The notes: generated by a model not told the origin, from the letters alone. Counted from the first letter of the whole stretch, positions 1 to 11,559 are shown. The stretch: 63,781 bases of DNA, filler included, from Octopus bimaculoides (GCF_001194135.2; 4 parts of 4 records of this genome joined end to end with filler, not necessarily neighbours in it), one strand, 5' to 3'. Numbers and translations: made by a program.

Positions 1-479
1 GTATTGGTTGATCAAAGCAAGCTTTTGTAAACCATGTCCTGCCGATGAGGTAAAATAAGGGCGAAACATGCTCGTAGTTCTTCCTTTATGGTAATGAAAG
101 ATAAGATTTCCAACTAAGTACGTAAATTTATTTTGCGATATTAATTATTAATTTATTGAAAGTACAATCTCTGCTTTCATTCGTAAGAGGCTAACAGTTA
201 TCGCTTGTTTTATTGTTTTCTTTCTCCAACAAAGTGAGAAATTTCAGTTCATTGAGAATCGTTTGCGTATTTCATTCAGTACAGTACGACACTTCTTAAG
301 TTATTTCTTTTATATTCTCTGGTCTAGATTTTTATAAAAGGTCATATACATTACAGGAACTCATCCCTCGTCAACCTCTAAAGGTTTCTAACCTTGTGAC
401 CTAAAAACAAATCATAAGCTTGATTGGTCTAAAGCGTTTATATACACATCAAAATGGTATCTGGACAATAAAATGTGCT

Positions 480-810
480 TTCTTTTGTTCTTTCTTTTTC
501 CTTTCTTTTTTCCTTTCCTCTTTCTTTCTTCCTTCCTTTCTATCTTTCTTTCCTTCTTTCTTTCTTTCTTCCTTTCTTTCTTCATTTATTTATTTATTTC
601 TCTCTTTCTAGTTGCCTTTCTTTTTTTCCTGTCTTCCTTCCTTTCTTTCTTTCTTCTTTCCTTTCTTTGTTCTTTGCTCTTTTTTCTTTCTTCCTTACTT
701 CCTTTCTTCCTCCCTTCTATCTTTCTTCCTCCCTTCTATCTTTCTTCCTCCCTTCTATCTTTCTTCCTTCCTCCTTCCCTTGATTCATTTCTTCCTTCCT
801 TTCTTCTTTT
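480..810. repeat. Pyrimidine-rich (CTTT/CTTC)n low-complexity tract
   Basis: Degenerate CTTT/CTTC/CTT repeats; source of the F/L/S-rich spurious ORFs at 420-841. Confidence 0.95.
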
Positions 811-1084
811 AGGCAGCCTTTTCAAAGAGGAATATAAATAATAGTTGATGTGAGGGAATTAACATATCAGCCATGCTCGTTATATTTTCGCTAAGTGACA
901 TAAATATGTCGAAAACTATAAAACAATGAGTCGTTTTCTTCGTGCTGCTCGCATGACAACATGTCCTTTATTTCTCTAAACAATTTTTTTCACTCCCTAC
1001 TTGAAACAGCTCTGTTGAATTTATTCTCAGACGCCCGAATCACCTAGCTTCCAGACAATTATTTCAGCTACATGTATTCTATTT

Positions 1085-1475
1085 TTTGTCTTTCACTTGT
1101 TTCAGTAATTGGACTGCGACCATGCTGGAATGTTGCCCTAAAGTGTTTTTAGTCGAACAACATGAACTTCAGTACTTATTATTACTAAGTCCGGTACTTA
1201 TCATATTCTCCATTAACGAACCGCTAATTTACGAAGATGTAAATAGACCAACACCGGTTGACTAGCAGTGGCAGGGGACAAACAGTACACAGTCACATCC
1301 ACTCACAGACATACATGTACGACAAAAGTTCTGTGAACTAAATTCACTCACAGAGCATTGGTTAGTCCGAGGTTATAGTAGAAGACATATGTCCGAAGCA
1401 CCGCACAGTGGGACTGAACTCGAAATAACGTTGTTGCAAAACTATTTTCTTAACCACACAAATATGCCTGCGCCT

Positions 1476-1476
<1 letters not shown>
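1085..1476 (-). mobile_element. tRNA-derived SINE, family A (CORE-like), decayed full-length copy
   Basis: Reverse-complement match to the copy at 5191-5587 (head, CTTGGGCAAGTGTCTTCTACTATA-like core, ...CAGCATGG...CAGTC..ATGACTGAAACAAG tail). Confidence 0.85.
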
Positions 1477-1530
<54 letters not shown>

Positions 1531-1666
1531 CAATTTTGGGCATCATTCATTTTGAACGTTTTCGTGCCTTGCTCCTTAATCTTGATCCTTTATCTGAGGT
1601 TCAGAGACCATACAGGTGGAAGGAAATACGTAACCCCAAATATTTCACTGTCTACAGAATTTACAG

Positions 1667-1930
1667 CAGTGTTTCTTAACCGGGGTCCACATGTCTCCTG
1701 AGGATCTACATAAGATTTTGATGATAAAATTCATGTACAATAAATTGGCTATACTTCCACTATAAATAAAATATTTCAACAATTTTTTTAAATGCAATTC
1801 CTAATAATCTTTAATTACAAAAATATAAAGGGACTTTTTTAAACATCGAATGTCTGTGGGGCTCCAGTTGAGTAAAATAGAAATGAAATGGGTTCATAGG
1901 CAAAAAAAAAAAAACGGTTCAGAACCACTG
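1667..1930. mobile_element. hAT (Buster/Charlie-type) MITE, 264 bp
   Basis: TIRs CAGTGTTTCTTAACC / GGTTCAGAACCACTG; perfect 8-bp TSD ATTTACAG at 1659-1666 and 1931-1938 with central TA. Confidence 0.92.
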
Positions 1931-2007
1931 ATTTACAGCAATATTAAAGTGGTGGATTTGAAGGAATGGGTTGATTAGCGAATAAAATACGTTGTATTTT
2001 GTACATT

Positions 2008-2105
2008 CCTTCTCATTTTGAGCATAAATCTTGCTGAAATTGACTTTGCCTTTCATCCTTCAGGGGTACTCCTTCCCCATAAATCTTTAGCCTTGTTCCT
2101 ATTTC
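2008..2105 (+). mobile_element. SINE family B fragment
   Basis: Contains GACTTTGCCTTTCATCCTTCAGGGG, the family-B central motif. Confidence 0.7.
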
Positions 2106-2114
2106 ACAAAATCT

Positions 2115-2275
2115 ATATTGCAGCAACGCTGCTGCAGTTTACTGCAGTGAACTATGTCCCATGAGATATGTCCAGCATACAGCTATGCAGACTGGGTAGA
2201 TAAGAGTAGCTTGGATCATTAGTTAAATGCATTGCTGGTGTCTAGAAGACATTTGGATTACTCTTATTCTCTGAT
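2115..2275 (-). mobile_element. CR1/L2-like LINE ORF2 C-terminal remnant
   Basis: Minus strand reads, with frameshifts, LLD..NAF.LTNDPSYSYLPSLHS...HG..HCS, resembling the CR1-type ORF2 end (LLDR.Q.RA.RLIND..L...L.SL..RR......G.CS). Confidence 0.45.
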
Positions 2276-2605
2276 CTGGAGACTGTTATTATTACTTTAA
2301 TGCAAAAAAAGGAACTTTAAAAATAGCCAGAATAGTCCTTTAAGACGGGTGCAATTGATGCTATTAACGTTCAGCAAAAACTGTTACAAGTCTACGATTT
2401 CAGAAGTGACATATTCAAGGAGGGAATTCTAGACAACCGAGCTAACTACATCAACGGAATGTGATACTGCTACCAAAAAGGTTAATGGATTATATCATGA
2501 CTTTTGTGCGATGCAGATTTAAAAAGCTAACGAGTGAGTCTCTTCACGATCTCAACCTAATGGAAATTGCAGCCAGATATTTTGGCAACGTAGTTTCGAG
2601 ATAAC

Positions 2606-2650
2606 ATACATACACACAGACACACAGACACGCGCGCGCGCATATATATA

Positions 2651-2689
<39 letters not shown>

Positions 2690-2748
2690 GTGTGTGTGTG
2701 TGAGTGTGTGTTTGTATGTATATGTATATATATATATATGTGTATGTA

Positions 2749-2806
<58 letters not shown>
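2606..2806. repeat. Compound (CA)n/(CG)n/(TG)n/(TA)n microsatellite
   Basis: Direct reading; includes the perfect palindrome (TG)13-TA-(CA)13 at 2753-2806. Confidence 0.95.
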
Positions 2807-2812
<6 letters not shown>

Positions 2813-3984
2813 GCGGTGAATAAATTGTCGTCTAAATTACTCAAAAATGAAAATAATACTAACATCTCATTTCAACAGATATATTTACCAAAATTACATT
2901 AAAATATCTTGAAATACTAAAGAGTAAATTTATTCAATAAAATCACCACGACTTCAACCACAGCCTCCAGACGACTTCGGAATCTCCTGCAACTCTTCTG
3001 GACGGTCTCCTTGCCTTCAGTCCATCTTTGGTGTTGCAAGGAGTTTGGTTGGTCTCTCGCTCAACTGCGCCCCACGCATTATAATCAAGGAGGTTGCAGT
3101 CTGGGGAGTTAAGTGGCCAGATGTTAGGGGTGATGTGGGCGCAGAAATTGTCTGCTAGCCATGACTGGGTTCTCCTGTTTGTGTGGCATGGTGCAGAGTC
3201 CTGTTGCCCGATATAGGGTCTTCCAGCAGCCACCCTCTTGACTGAGAGCAGCACAACCTCATCCAGGAACTTGTATGCCTCCATGTTGAGTTTGAGGCCG
3301 TGTGGGAAGATGAATGGAGGCATAACATCACTATCATTAGTGATTACTCCAAACACCATGATGTTGACTGGTTGTTTGATTTTTATCACTCTCGGTACAT
3401 GTTTTGGGAGCACAGCAAGCCAACGGTCGTTCTGTGTGTTCACCATCTGATCCTGGCAGAAAATGTTCTCGTCTGAGAAAAACCCAAGCATATTCGGTTG
3501 GAGGGGATGCTTAAGTTTGTTCAAAAGCTTCGTAGTGTAGTCTTTCCTTTTGTCCTTGATGGCTTGGGATAAAAATTGGCCCTTTCTCATCTTGTATGAG
3601 GAATACCGAATCTCTTCATCCACTACCTACCAGATAAGAAACTCACATAGTCGCATGTCCCTGGCGATGAACCGGATTGACTTGGAGGGATCGTTGTGAA
3701 TCATGGTCTGGATCTCACCAACAAATTCAGGAGTTCTTTTCTATTAGAACGATCAGAGTGAGTTTTCCAAGCTGCCATACCTTCGTAATCATCATCAGAT
3801 TCATCCAACTCTTTCCGAATCCTCTGCACTGTCCTCAGATTGACACCCAAACACTCTGAAATGTTCGTATTGGAGCTTCTGGCGCGAATGCCAAGCAGTA
3901 CATGTCGTTTCCAATCTCCTAGCAGGGTGAATTGCATCATGGTGCTGTTTTTCTCGCAGACAGTGCCCAACCCACCGCGCCCTG
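2807..3984 (-). mobile_element. Tc1/mariner superfamily, DD37D (maT) transposon with frameshifted transposase
   Basis: ORF 2943-3623 has FSDE...QQDSAPCH...WPLNSPDCNLLDY with 37 residues between the 2nd and 3rd Asp. The HTH N-terminus (MMQFTL...NISECLGVNLRTVQRIRKEL) starts at 3940 in another frame. Imperfect TIRs CAGAGTGCGGTGAAT (2807) and CAGGGCGCGGTGGGT (3984, minus) match 11/15. Confidence 0.92.
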
Positions 3985-4034
3985 CATGTGTGTGTATGTG
4001 TGTGTGTGTGTATGTATATATATATGGCTTTGTG

Positions 4035-4201
4035 TAGGCACAGGCATGGTTTGGGATTAAAAAGCTCGTTTTGCAACCACGTGATTTCGGGTTCAATCTC
4101 ACTGTGCGGCATCTTGGGCAAGTGTTTTTTAATATAGTTTCGAGCCGACCAATGTTTTGAGAATGGATTTGGTTGGCTGAAAAATGTCTAGAAGCTCGTC
4201 G
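4035..4201 (+). mobile_element. SINE family A, 5' half (runs into microsatellite and gap)
   Basis: Head with B-box-like GGGTTCAATC and CTTGGGCAAGTG core. Confidence 0.8.
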
Positions 4202-4220
4202 TGTGTTTGTGTGTGCATGT

Positions 4221-4317
<97 letters not shown>

Positions 4318-4929
4318 NNNNNNNNNNNNNNNNNNNNNNNNNNNNNNNNNNNNNNNNNNNNNNNNNNNNNNNNNNNNNNNNNNNNNNNNNNNNNNNNNNN
4401 NNNNNNNNNNNNNNNNNNNNNNNNNNNNNNNNNNNNNNNNNNNNNNNNNNNNNNNNNNNNNNNNNNNNNNNNNNNNNNNNNNNNNNNNNNNNNNNNNNNN
4501 NNNNNNNNNNNNNNNNNNNNNNNNNNNNNNNNNNNNNNNNNNNNNNNNNNNNNNNNNNNNNNNNNNNNNNNNNNNNNNNNNNNNNNNNNNNNNNNNNNNN
4601 NNNNNNNNNNNNNNNNNNNNNNNNNNNNNNNNNNNNNNNNNNNNNNNNNNNNNNNNNNNNNNNNNNNNNNNNNNNNNNNNNNNNNNNNNNNNNNNNNNNN
4701 NNNNNNNNNNNNNNNNNNNNNNNNNNNNNNNNNNNNNNNNNNNNNNNNNNNNNNNNNNNNNNNNNNNNNNNNNNNNNNNNNNNNNNNNNNNNNNNNNNNN
4801 NNNNNNNNNNNNNNNNNNNNNNNNNNNNNNNNNNNNNNNNNNNNNNNNNNNNNNNNNNNNNNNNNNNNNNNNNNNNNNNNNNNNNNNNNNNNNNNNNNNN
4901 NNNNNNNNNNNNNNNNNNNNNNNNNNNNN

Positions 4930-4996
<67 letters not shown>

Positions 4997-5190
4997 TAGA
5001 TTCACTTTAATTAACGGAATGACAATTTCACACCAATATAAAGCTTTAATAAATAAGATACGCTCAAGTGTTATCAGCTGAGCTGGTTTTACAAGGTATC
5101 AAAATGAAATTTCGTTTACTAAGCTATGAGGTTTTCAGATGAACTGATATAATGATATAATATAGTTCCGATCAAGAATCTTGGTATATA

Positions 5191-5587
5191 GGCGCAGGAG
5201 TGGCTGTGTGGTAAGTAGCTCGCTTACCAATCACATGGTTCTGGGTTCAGTCTCACTGCGTGGAACCTTGGGCAAGTGTCTTCTACTATAGCCTCAGGCC
5301 GACCAAAACCTTGTGAATGGATTTTGTAGACGAAACTGAAAGAACCCTGTCATATGTATATGTATGTATGTATATGTTTGTGTATCTGTGTCTGTCCCCC
5401 CAACATCGCCTGACAACCGATGCTGATGTGTTTACGTCCCCGTCATGTAGCGGTTCGGCAAAAAGAGACCGATAGAATAAGTACTAGGCTTGCAAAGAAT
5501 AAGTCCTGAGGTCAATTTGCTCGACTAAAGGTGGTGCTCCAGCATGGCCGCAGTCAAATGACTGAAACAAATAAAAGAATAAAAGAA
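5191..5587 (+). mobile_element. tRNA-derived SINE family A (CORE-like, Octopus OR-type), full length
   Basis: GGCGCAGGAGTGGCTGTGTGGT A-box region, GGGTTCAGTC B-box-like, CCTTGGGCAAGTG CORE-like segment, internal (TA/TG)n tract, 3' body ending (AAAGAAT)n; more than 10 related copies in the window. Family name is from recall. Confidence 0.92.
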
Positions 5588-5951
5588 TGTTATGTGTATT
5601 TAATAAGTTTATCATTCATGCAAATTCGATTCAAATGGAACCTATAAAGTTCAGCAGTATTACTGACTGGTGCACAACCACCAGCTTTTTTATTACTTGT
5701 TCATATTTCTATATCCAAAACTCTCTTCATCTGTCAATGTGATTTTCATTCTTCCTTTCACAGCTTATCTGTTTAACTGTGTATCTGTCTTGTTACACGA
5801 GTCTCTTTCTTTCTCGCCCTCTCATCTTCCCTACAACGTTCTACAAGACGTTCTACTGTCTTCTATCTCTGAAATATTTTCTTCTATGTGTCAGTCGCAT
5901 CTTCAGTTTTCGCTTCCCATCCCTTCGTTTTTTCCTCTCACGTGTTCACAT

Positions 5952-5985
<34 letters not shown>

Positions 5986-6379
5986 GATATTTTTACCTTG
6001 TTCCTCTCAACGAAAGTATGTCCATATTACATAATTTCTTTAAGTGAAAATAACCATTCTCAGCGGTATTGGGCCCAAATCAAACTCCCATGAAAAGCAA
6101 AGCCAGATTCAAGAAAGACACCATATGACTGGTTAGAAAAGCAAACTACTTAGAATTCCATAGTTATCTTGGTGTTGGATATCAGTTTTCAACAATACGT
6201 GATAAACAACTTTACTCTAATTAGCGCTACTGCACAGGCAATTAGTTATGGAAAGCACATTTTAAAAAAAAACAAGGAAGCTCCCTAATGATTTGTTAAA
6301 TACCTGACATTATATATTTTGAACGATGTAATTCTAATTTACAGAAGTATAGGTTACTAAAAGATTACATCCATTCATT

Positions 6380-6483
6380 AGTATATGTGTGTATATACAT
6401 ACATACTAACATACACGCATACATCCATACATAGATACATGTATGCACATATGCTTGTGTGTGTGTATATATATGTGTGAGTA

Positions 6484-6530
<47 letters not shown>

Positions 6531-6710
6531 TGTATGTATGTATGTATGTAGATATACGTATATGGACAGACATATATATATATATATATATATATAATAT
6601 GCATGTATGTATGTATGTATGTATGTATTATGTATGTATGTATGTGTATGTATGTATGCAGATATACGTATATGGACAGACACTCACATGCACACATACA
6701 CACACATGCA
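6380..6710. repeat. Compound (TA)n/(TATG)n microsatellite
   Basis: Direct reading. Confidence 0.95.
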
Positions 6711-7264
6711 TATATTTCAGATGCAAGAATGCAAATGAGTAAATTAACGTATCAAGGAATTTGTTCACCAGGGAATGCTTCATCATGTGATATACGCTTG
6801 ATAGAAACTGGGAAAGATGGCTTCTGGTTAAATTGAATCTTCGAGCCGGTTTCGATTCTCATTTCTACTTATTTCACGTTTTCTGTGTTAATTGTACTCT
6901 TTGAAGCACTCAATAACTGATATTATCACTCCTTCTGGCCCCGGAGTTTTATATCTGGATTGAAAATGTATAAATATCAAAATTGTAATTTGTTCTTTTC
7001 ATGAAATTCTCCGCCAACCTGATGAAGTTTAGGGGAAACTACAAAGGTGTCCTTTTAGTGAACAGCTTTGCTTTCGTTTAACGGGGTTCAACTACTAATG
7101 ATTTCTATTATCTGAAGTAGGTCAGGGTCTGATGGATTAGATTAAGCTGAATATTTGTTTCATACTTATTTTATCGACTTTGGGAACATGGAAGAGAACA
7201 TTTTCCCCGTTGCTCTACTGATTCTGCGATACGACCGTTGTTCAGCACTCACCTTATGCTATTG

Positions 7265-7480
7265 ATTTCACATTTTGGCACAAGGCCAGTAATTTCGGGG
7301 TAGAGAGTAAGTCGATTAAATTGACCCCAGAGTTCAACTGGTACTTATTTTTTATCAATACCGAAATGATGAAAGGCAAAATCGACATCGACGGAATTGG
7401 AACTCAGGACGTAAAAATGGACGAAATGCTGCTAAGCATTTTTACCAGTGTTCTAACGATTCTACCAGCTCGCCTCCTTA
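7265..7480 (-). mobile_element. tRNA-derived SINE family B (Meta-domain-like)
   Basis: Minus strand: GGAGGCGAGCTGGTAGAATCGTTAG head, GAGTTCCAATTCC B-box-like, TTTGCCTTTCATC...GATAAAAAATAAGTACCAG central domain. Confidence 0.88.
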
Positions 7481-8104
7481 AACTCACCATATAATATTGA
7501 AGCTTTGGAATAATTGTTTAATGAAGAGAAAAGTCAACAAAAAGAACAGAGTGATCATTAATTACTTCGCTAATGGATTCAGTACTTGTTTAATCGTCCA
7601 CTTCACTAATTTGTAGGAATTGTTTTATCAGTAACACAGTAGTGAATGTACAATTATGTAACTTTTAAAATGCCACAAATCTACAGAGAGAGCCTAGAAT
7701 CTAATGCAAAATGATTAATCACAGAATTAATAAACCCTCCTCCGTAAACCCATTAATGAGAACAAGCCAAAGAATATAGCAATTGATCATATAAAAACAT
7801 TCATAAATGAAATGCATTCAACTAATTATTGACGTAATTGGCCGATACAGAAATCTAATTATTTATGTACAAAGTATAACTAACCACGCTTATCACAGAA
7901 ATTTTGTTTCTTTTCGGGAACAAATATAAATTTCTATCACAGTTAAGTACTTTGTTTCAGCAATCTCAGTTTAATACTCTCTGGCAAGAGAGGGATCACA
8001 AGTCAAAAAACGTGTTTCAAGGAAAGCACATTCAATGAAATTAAACGCAGTATTTGAATCATATTTATTTCATCCACCATGATGTGTGTGTGTGTGTGTG
8101 CATA

Positions 8105-8522
8105 TGTGACGTGGTTGTGTAATAAAAAGTTCGTTTCCCAATTACCTGCCTCCGGGTTCAGTCTCACTGCGTACCACCTTGGGCAAGTGTCTTCTACTAT
8201 AGGCATGGGCCGACTGAAATTTGTGTGTGGGTTTGGTAGGCATAAACCGAAAGGTTTGGTAGGCATAAACCGAAAGAAGCCCGTCGTATATATGTATGTA
8301 TTTGTGTGTGTGTGTTTATCCTTCAACACCGTATGACAACCAGTGTTGGCGCGTTTACGTCCCCGTATCTTTGTGGTTCGGCAAAGTGGCCGATAAAATA
8401 AGTACCAGGCTTACGAAGAAATACGTAAAAAGAGGACTGAGTAGGATTTATTCGACTAAACACTTCAAAGTGATGCCCCAGCATGGCTGCAGTCCAATGA
8501 CTGAAACAAGAAAGCCATAAAG
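8105..8522 (+). mobile_element. SINE family A, full length
   Basis: Collinear with 5191-5587; carries a 20-bp internal duplication (TTTGGTAGGCATAAACCGAA x2). Confidence 0.9.
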
Positions 8523-8547
8523 ATATAGATTCAGATAGATAGATAGG

Positions 8548-8603
<56 letters not shown>

Positions 8604-8626
8604 CGGGCATATATATACTAGGTTGA

Positions 8627-8776
8627 TCAATAAGTATCCGGACTGTTGGCATAGTAAGGAAGCTAAAGCACGAATAGTAAAGCTGCTTGGCAAAGATTGA
8701 CCTTGGACTCTGTTGTGCATGCGCACTAAGTTTTAACGTTCTAGCTCGCTTCCGCTGTTTACAGCGTGTGTAGCGT

Positions 8777-8780
<4 letters not shown>
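8627..8780. mobile_element. Mariner-like terminal fragment
   Basis: TA followed by CTAGGTTGATCAATAAGTATCCGGACTG resembles a mariner TIR; lies in a TA microsatellite; no partner TIR found. Confidence 0.45.
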
Positions 8781-8825
<45 letters not shown>

Positions 8826-8970
8826 AGAGAGGTGTAGACAGTGACTTCGAAGTTCTGATGAACACAACGAAGCCGAGACTTCGAAGTCAAGATAAATAAA
8901 TGGGATCTTCAACTTAAATGTATTGAATGACCCTTCAATCAATGATACATTTTTTAATGAATAATAAGAC

Positions 8971-9001
<31 letters not shown>

Positions 9002-9726
9002 CAGACAGATAAACAGACTGACTGACAGGCAGGCAGGCACGCGCGCGCGCAGAAAGTTATGTGTGAGTGGTGAGGCATATATATCTTTGCGCATTCCTTA
9101 TTTCTGACAGAGATCTGTGACAGTGAATAATGAGCATTGAAATTCTGTGTTAGAAGCAAATGTTTTTTGTTGATACCCTGCCAAAATATGTAGATACAAT
9201 TCACATGTGTAAAAATAAACGAGTTTATTAGTCCTGAAAAAATAAAAACATTAAACCCAATAGTGACTGTTCCAAATTTAAATATCAAATGTATCATGAA
9301 TATTGATACCTAAAAAGTATCTATAAATATATTTTTATTGTTACTGTGTATAAAAACTAATTGCTGGCATTGATTTCAAAAAAATGTTTGTTTGTTTTTT
9401 TGTATTATTTTCGTCTTTGCTTTTGTTTGATTTTCCTATTTATTTTGTAGTTGTATTTCTAAGATACACTGAGGTAGAGTATCAGAGTAAATACTTTGAT
9501 ATTTGATAATATGTATTATTATTACAAAGTAAAAAAAATGCCATGTAAATATTACAGAGTGCGTGAAGTTTTAATGGTGACAATGACTCTTCACTACGCG
9601 CTTCCGGTCGTGTGTGCATTCGTGCGTGCGTATGTGTATGCGTGTGTGTGTCTTTTATAAACATGTGTCTGATCTAGTTTTACCCTTTTTCTATTAGTAA
9701 AGGAGTTCCTTGAAGTTAGTTTAGAA

Positions 9727-10023
9727 CAGGGGTTTTCAAACTGTGGTCCGGGGACCACAGGGGGTCCGCAAGGACAAAACAGGGGGTCCGTGGACAGCAA
9801 ATACTTTTTATGGGCATTTTGATTTTATATATGTTTCTTAATCGAAATATTTTAATTGACAATAAACCTATTTGTTAAATACTGTTAAATAAATAAATGT
9901 AAAAATATATGTTATTTTAAGCAAATATTTATGTATAAATTTCATAAGCCTTTATAAGGGGGTCCCTAAGGTAAAGCCTGAAATATAAAGGGGTCCGCAA
10001 GTCAGAAAGTTTGAAAACCCCTG
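9727..10023. mobile_element. hAT (Buster/Charlie-type) MITE, 297 bp
   Basis: Perfect TIRs CAGGGGTTTTCAAACT / AGTTTGAAAACCCCTG; 8-bp TSD GTTTAGAA at 9719-9726 and 10024-10031; subterminal GGGGTCC motifs. Confidence 0.95.
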
Positions 10024-10031
10024 GTTTAGAA

Positions 10032-10350
10032 CAGTGGCACTCAGCCGAGGTCCATGTAAGACTTTTGGGCGTCCAGGCAAACAAAATTGTGAATTGAGTG
10101 AGAATCCACAAGTAGCATTTTAAGGGTCCATGAAAAATTTTCACTTAAATGCATTTATTGCAAGAAACAAATTGGTTTCTTTCTCTAATGTCTTACATAG
10201 TTCATCTTACGCAAGTTGCTTGAAAAATAGAATAGGAATTTTGAAAGGAGTATCTATAAAACTAGTTTTTAGACATGAAAGGACTAAGGGGTCCACCAGA
10301 ATAAAATAGTAATCAAAGAGGTCCATAGGTAAAAAAATTGTTGAGGACTA
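10032..10350. mobile_element. Second, older hAT MITE
   Basis: Starts CAGTGG immediately after the TSD; repeated GGTCCA subterminal motifs; interior related to 1667-1930; right TIR decayed (AAAAAATTGTTGAGGAC). Confidence 0.7.
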
Positions 10351-10721
10351 ATTATTTTTTAGAACATTAAAATAATTCAATCCAAATCATTTATAGAACT
10401 TCGCAGTCTCATCTTTTAAATGAAGTCTTTGGTGCTAGCAGTTGTCAGTCTCTGCAGTATGATAAGGTGCAAGTGGGATTGATGTTGACACAACCATCAT
10501 AATTTCAGTTTTGTTGCTGTAATTGTTCTGCGTCAATAGACAGAGAATGTGTGTGTGTGTGTGTGTGTGACTAATATATATTATCTGTGTGCATTTTAAG
10601 TTAAGCATTGTGCCGTATTTGTAGTGTTACTTTCATCAATATATCAGTAACCCGGTCGAAAGATTTTGATACATAACGATTAATATTATTATTATTACTT
10701 AATAATGATAATAATAATAAT

Positions 10722-10937
10722 AACAAGAGCACTCAGAGAGTGCAAACCTCCGTCAAAGCAACGCGAACGTCCTCTCAACGATCAGCCGAAGATGGTTTTT
10801 AAAATGAGAATATCTGAAATAAACTCGACTGCTCTCACAAACGAGAATACTAAAAATGAAACCGACCGCTCTCAAAAATGTAGTTAAAAAAACCGGAAAA
10901 ATAATCCAGAATCCTTGTCCAGTTCCTGATCGATCCC
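10722..10937 (+). mobile_element. Helentron/HINE-like non-autonomous element, 5' part
   Basis: Begins AACAAGAGCACTCAGAGAGTGCAAACCTCCGTC; shares AAATAATCCAGAATCCTTGTCC with 11588-11612; the CCTCCG motif recurs in the 3' hairpin at 11751-11772. Confidence 0.5.
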
Positions 10938-10939
10938 AA

Positions 10940-11215
10940 TGATAGTCATGGAATGTGAAGGTGGGTGTGCAGATTGTATTTGTAATGCTGTGTGTTGTCT
11001 GCAGTGGGAACAAGGACAGTTTCCTCTATGAAGGCCTTTTTTTAGCCTATTCACTGATATAGTGTCTTTACGATCATTAAGATCTATAGTGAAAAATTTG
11101 TCCGTGCGAGAAAGAAAACGGAAAGGACCTGCATACGGCGATGTTAACGGAGGTTTAGCAACATCGATGCGCACAAAAACGTGAGTCCAAGAAGTAAAGC
11201 TTCCTTCTAGGCAGA
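10940..11215 (-). mobile_element. Ty3/Gypsy integrase C-terminal (GPF/Y domain) fragment
   Basis: SWTHVFVRIDVAKPPLTSPYAGPFRFLSRTDKFFTIDLNDRKDTISVNRLK matches the canonical Gypsy IN C-terminal pattern HVFVR.D..KPPL..PY.GPF......DT.S..RLK. Confidence 0.85.
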
Positions 11216-11559
11216 GCTAGCGATGCAATTGTCAAGTAGGTAAGAGGTTTTAAACAGGAGCGATATATTCAAAATTTATAAAACTAAAAATTGTCGAGGA
11301 AAAATTGAATTGATTATTGTTACTGAATATGTTAGTGTCATTTAATTTCTGAACGGTTTTGCTGCCGTTTGTTTATGTAGTTTGATCTCTTTATCCATCA
11401 GTTTCTACTAAGATGGAAACGAGAGTAAAATTAATAATAGAAAAACGAAAATAAAACTTTGGAAACAGCAACGCCGAAATAACTTACGTGGAAACCATGA
11501 GCGTGCTTTCAAGGGAGATAATCAGAGAAAGCATTGAAAGTCAACGTAAGATCATAATA

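Noticed and set aside
36-85. Hammerhead-like CCGATGAG...CGAAAC...GTA
   Set aside because: Core has C in place of U4, and stems I and II do not pair; at most a dead PLE relic.
2125-2200. + strand peptide NAAAVYCSELCPMRYVQHTAMQTG resembling an SLC22/MFS motif
   Set aside because: Motif spacing is off, and the opposite strand fits a decayed CR1-like ORF2 end better.
7019-7045. CTGATGAAGTTTAGGGGAAAC hammerhead-like motif (similar near-misses at about 23480 minus and about 51475-51515)
   Set aside because: No stem II, stem III/NUH or stem I complementarity.
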